Shown: positions 61,901 to 64,000 of the stretch, piece by piece | How positions within the stretch are numbered: position 1 is the stretch's first letter | Layout of the letters: every line of letters starts with the position of its first letter | Source: Marsupella aquatica | Taxonomy: Eukaryota > Plantae > Marchantiophyta | DNA: 64,000 nucleotides | Assembly: GCA_973895155.1 (NCBI GenBank) | Contig: OZ316899.1 | Location: 16,023,974-16,087,973 of the forward strand | Direction: 5' to 3' | Program-made: the position numbers and the translations under genes | Notes under the pieces: generated by a model | Told to the model about the DNA's origin: nothing | The model's input: only the letters and a program-made list of their open reading frames with translations | Database searches by the model: none

Positions 61901-62800
61901 GTATTGATTATATCAGGCCATTTACTCTCGTTACCCGAAGATGAAGATGCAGGTACATCCTGCTAGCTATTGATTACTCCACCAAATGGGTCGAAGCACG
62001 GGCTACGGTGAAGGACGACGCCGCAACCAGCGCCAGGTTCTTATATGAACAGATTTTCACCCGGTTCGGCCCACCCTTAGAATTGGTAAGCGACCGTGGA
62101 ACCCACTTCCTCAATGACACTGTAGCCCAGTTTACGGAGCGTTACCTAGTCAAGCACCGCAAGACTACCCTGTATCATCCTAAGGCCAACGGGATGACAG
62201 AGAGAGCCAATGGTATCATTGGGAAAATCCTCAACAAGACGGCAGCGGCGCACAAAACGGATTGGGATGATAAGTTGTACGCAGCGGTGTACTTGTATAA
62301 TCTCGCTTACAAAACTACTACGAGTCACAGCCGTACTTTCTCGTGTTTGGCCAACATTCGTTGGTACCCGTCGAGTTTGAAGTACACACTCCACGAGTCA
62401 GTATTCACGATCGCTTACCCGAACCTGAAAGTTCGTCAGACCGAGCTTATCAAATTGAAGCCCTAGAAGAAGCACGGCTACTAGCAGCTGGACACGCCGT
62501 GAAGAATCAGGCAACTTCGAAGAAGCAACACGACAAAGGACTACGGAGGGTCGACGTCGTGGTAGGCGATCTAGTCCTTCTGTACGATAGTAGGTACATG
62601 CAGTTTCCAGGGAAGCTTCATACCCGGTGGTTAGGGCCCTTCCTTGTCAATCAGATCTACCATAACGGATCTTTGGAGCTTGCGACGTATGCCGGCGATT
62701 TACTCCCCACGCGAATCAGCTACGATCGTGTAAAAAAGTACCACCATCAAGATGACGACGCCGAGAGTGATGTTTGCGAGGACGCTTCACAATTAAGCAG
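58923..62800 (+). pseudogene. Family G pol (protease, RT, RNase H, integrase; no chromodomain)
   Basis: VLVDGGAG, WVSPIVIVPKK, CQDYRKLN, FLDGYSGYNQ, FIDDF, YVDVS, TDHDSL, HEEEAGGHF, WGIDY, VSDRG, GMTERAN, WLGPF. Confidence 0.95.
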
Positions 62801-62807
62801 GGAGCTA

Positions 62808-64000
62808 TGTGACGCCGCCGGTACGGCGGTTAATGAGTGATTCGGTCTAACTGCGCTCAGCACGCGCGTTAGGAGTGTCTTAGGCCGCTATTATTAGCAT
62901 AACGACAGTATTTAGGTAATCATTATGGGTAGGACATCATTAGGCAATAAGGGGGAATTCAGGTTCGGACTGGCGACGGGTCGCTATTCGCACACCCGGG
63001 TTACAAGCGTGGAGGGGCCCCTCCCTCGGGTCCGTATAATGAACTTAAGGAAGCGGCCACTGACACGCGCTGACTCAGACCGGCGGAGTGGCCGGTACAC
63101 CACAAGCGTGAGCGGTTCAGCCTATGGGCGTCGAGGAGATGTCGGGGGATCGGCAAGCCCTCAAGGTATAAAAAGGGAGCCGACCCTTTGGAGTGCACCA
63201 GTCCATCAGTCCACGCGCCAGCTTCGACCCCAGCTCTCTCGTTCGCTCTAAGTTGCCACTACTATCTCCTCTGAATGTCGCACACGATCCTCTCCAGCTC
63301 GGCCATTCGATTCTGGACGCAGTTCCTATCTACCGGAAGGCACTTGGCCGACTCATTGAAACACGCCAACCCGCCCCGATACGAAATCAAACGCGAGTAT
63401 GAGAGAGCCATCCGCCTAGCAGGATGACACCACTACATCCTTAACTTTGACTACCCGTCTCAAAGCGAGCTTTACCGACCAGCAGAGGTATCTGGGTACT
63501 TCTTCAACGGAGACAAATATATCGGTTTCTGGGAAGCATTGCTTCGGCTTCCGGATGAGGTCTTCAATATCCCGGGTACGATCGACTTGCAACGACATCA
63601 CTTCGACCACATCCCTGCTCAGGTTCGGGCTATCATCAACAGCGAGTCCACCACTACCCGTTCGACAAGATCGTCCGCACTTGCTTCGAAGAACTTCTAC
63701 CAGCACCTGCAGAGCTTCATGGGAACTAGACCCGCAACCACCGACGCCAGCCCAGTGGACCCCATACCCGTACCCGTACCAACGCAGACTCAGGCTCAGG
63801 CTTAGCTTCAGTCTCAGCCTCAGCCTAGCCAACCCCCACCGCCGATCGCCCCGCCAGCAGTACAAGTACGCTCCGTCATCAACGTTGTGGACCTTAGCGA
63901 CGACGACGAGGCTACCCCACCCTTGCTCAGGCGGCCCAGAGGAGTAAACACTCAGGGGGCCGACACTGCATCGTCCCCTCCCCATGCTCGGACCCAAGGA
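62808..64000 (+). repeat. Family G 3' LTR (partial), including the start of the second copy of the LTR-encoded ORF
   Basis: Near-identical to 52686-53890, with one 12-bp indel in the CAGGCT/CAGCTT repeat. Confidence 0.95.

Larger units (their letters stand above)
52686..64000 (+). mobile_element. Family G non-chromovirus Ty3/Gypsy retrotransposon with 4.0-kb LTRs; 3' LTR runs off the window
   Basis: 5' LTR 52686-56705 (TGTGACG...CGTGACA). The same sequence restarts at 62808. PBS-like TGGCGCTAGATGGAGG at 56718. Purine-rich tract 62795-62807. gag-PR-RT-RH-IN lies between the LTRs. Confidence 0.93.

Overview
This window is eukaryotic, plant-type DNA (probably a bryophyte or other non-seed plant; that is inference) made almost entirely of nested, mostly decayed transposons. 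I see no recognisable host gene. From left to right: (1) a CACTA/EnSpm element carrying an uninterrupted SET-domain ORF next to its transposase, inserted into a second CACTA element; (2) a 3.8-kb solo LTR (family A); (3) a Ty3/Gypsy element (family B) whose polyprotein has a C5-cytosine DNA methyltransferase between protease and RT and a PHD finger after integrase; (4) a nest built from a chromovirus with non-canonical AG...CT LTR ends (family C), several 4.7-kb LTRs (family D), a LINE fragment and a non-autonomous CACTA that contains a 5S-rRNA-like promoter fragment; (5) a near-complete non-chromovirus Gypsy element (family G) with 4.0-kb LTRs. The three main observations are the DNMT+PHD retrotransposon, the SET-carrying CACTA, and three divergent LTR families (A, D, G) that each encode a homologous large protein entirely inside the LTR. 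Family letters are my own labels. Domain names come from motif recognition by eye, not database searches.
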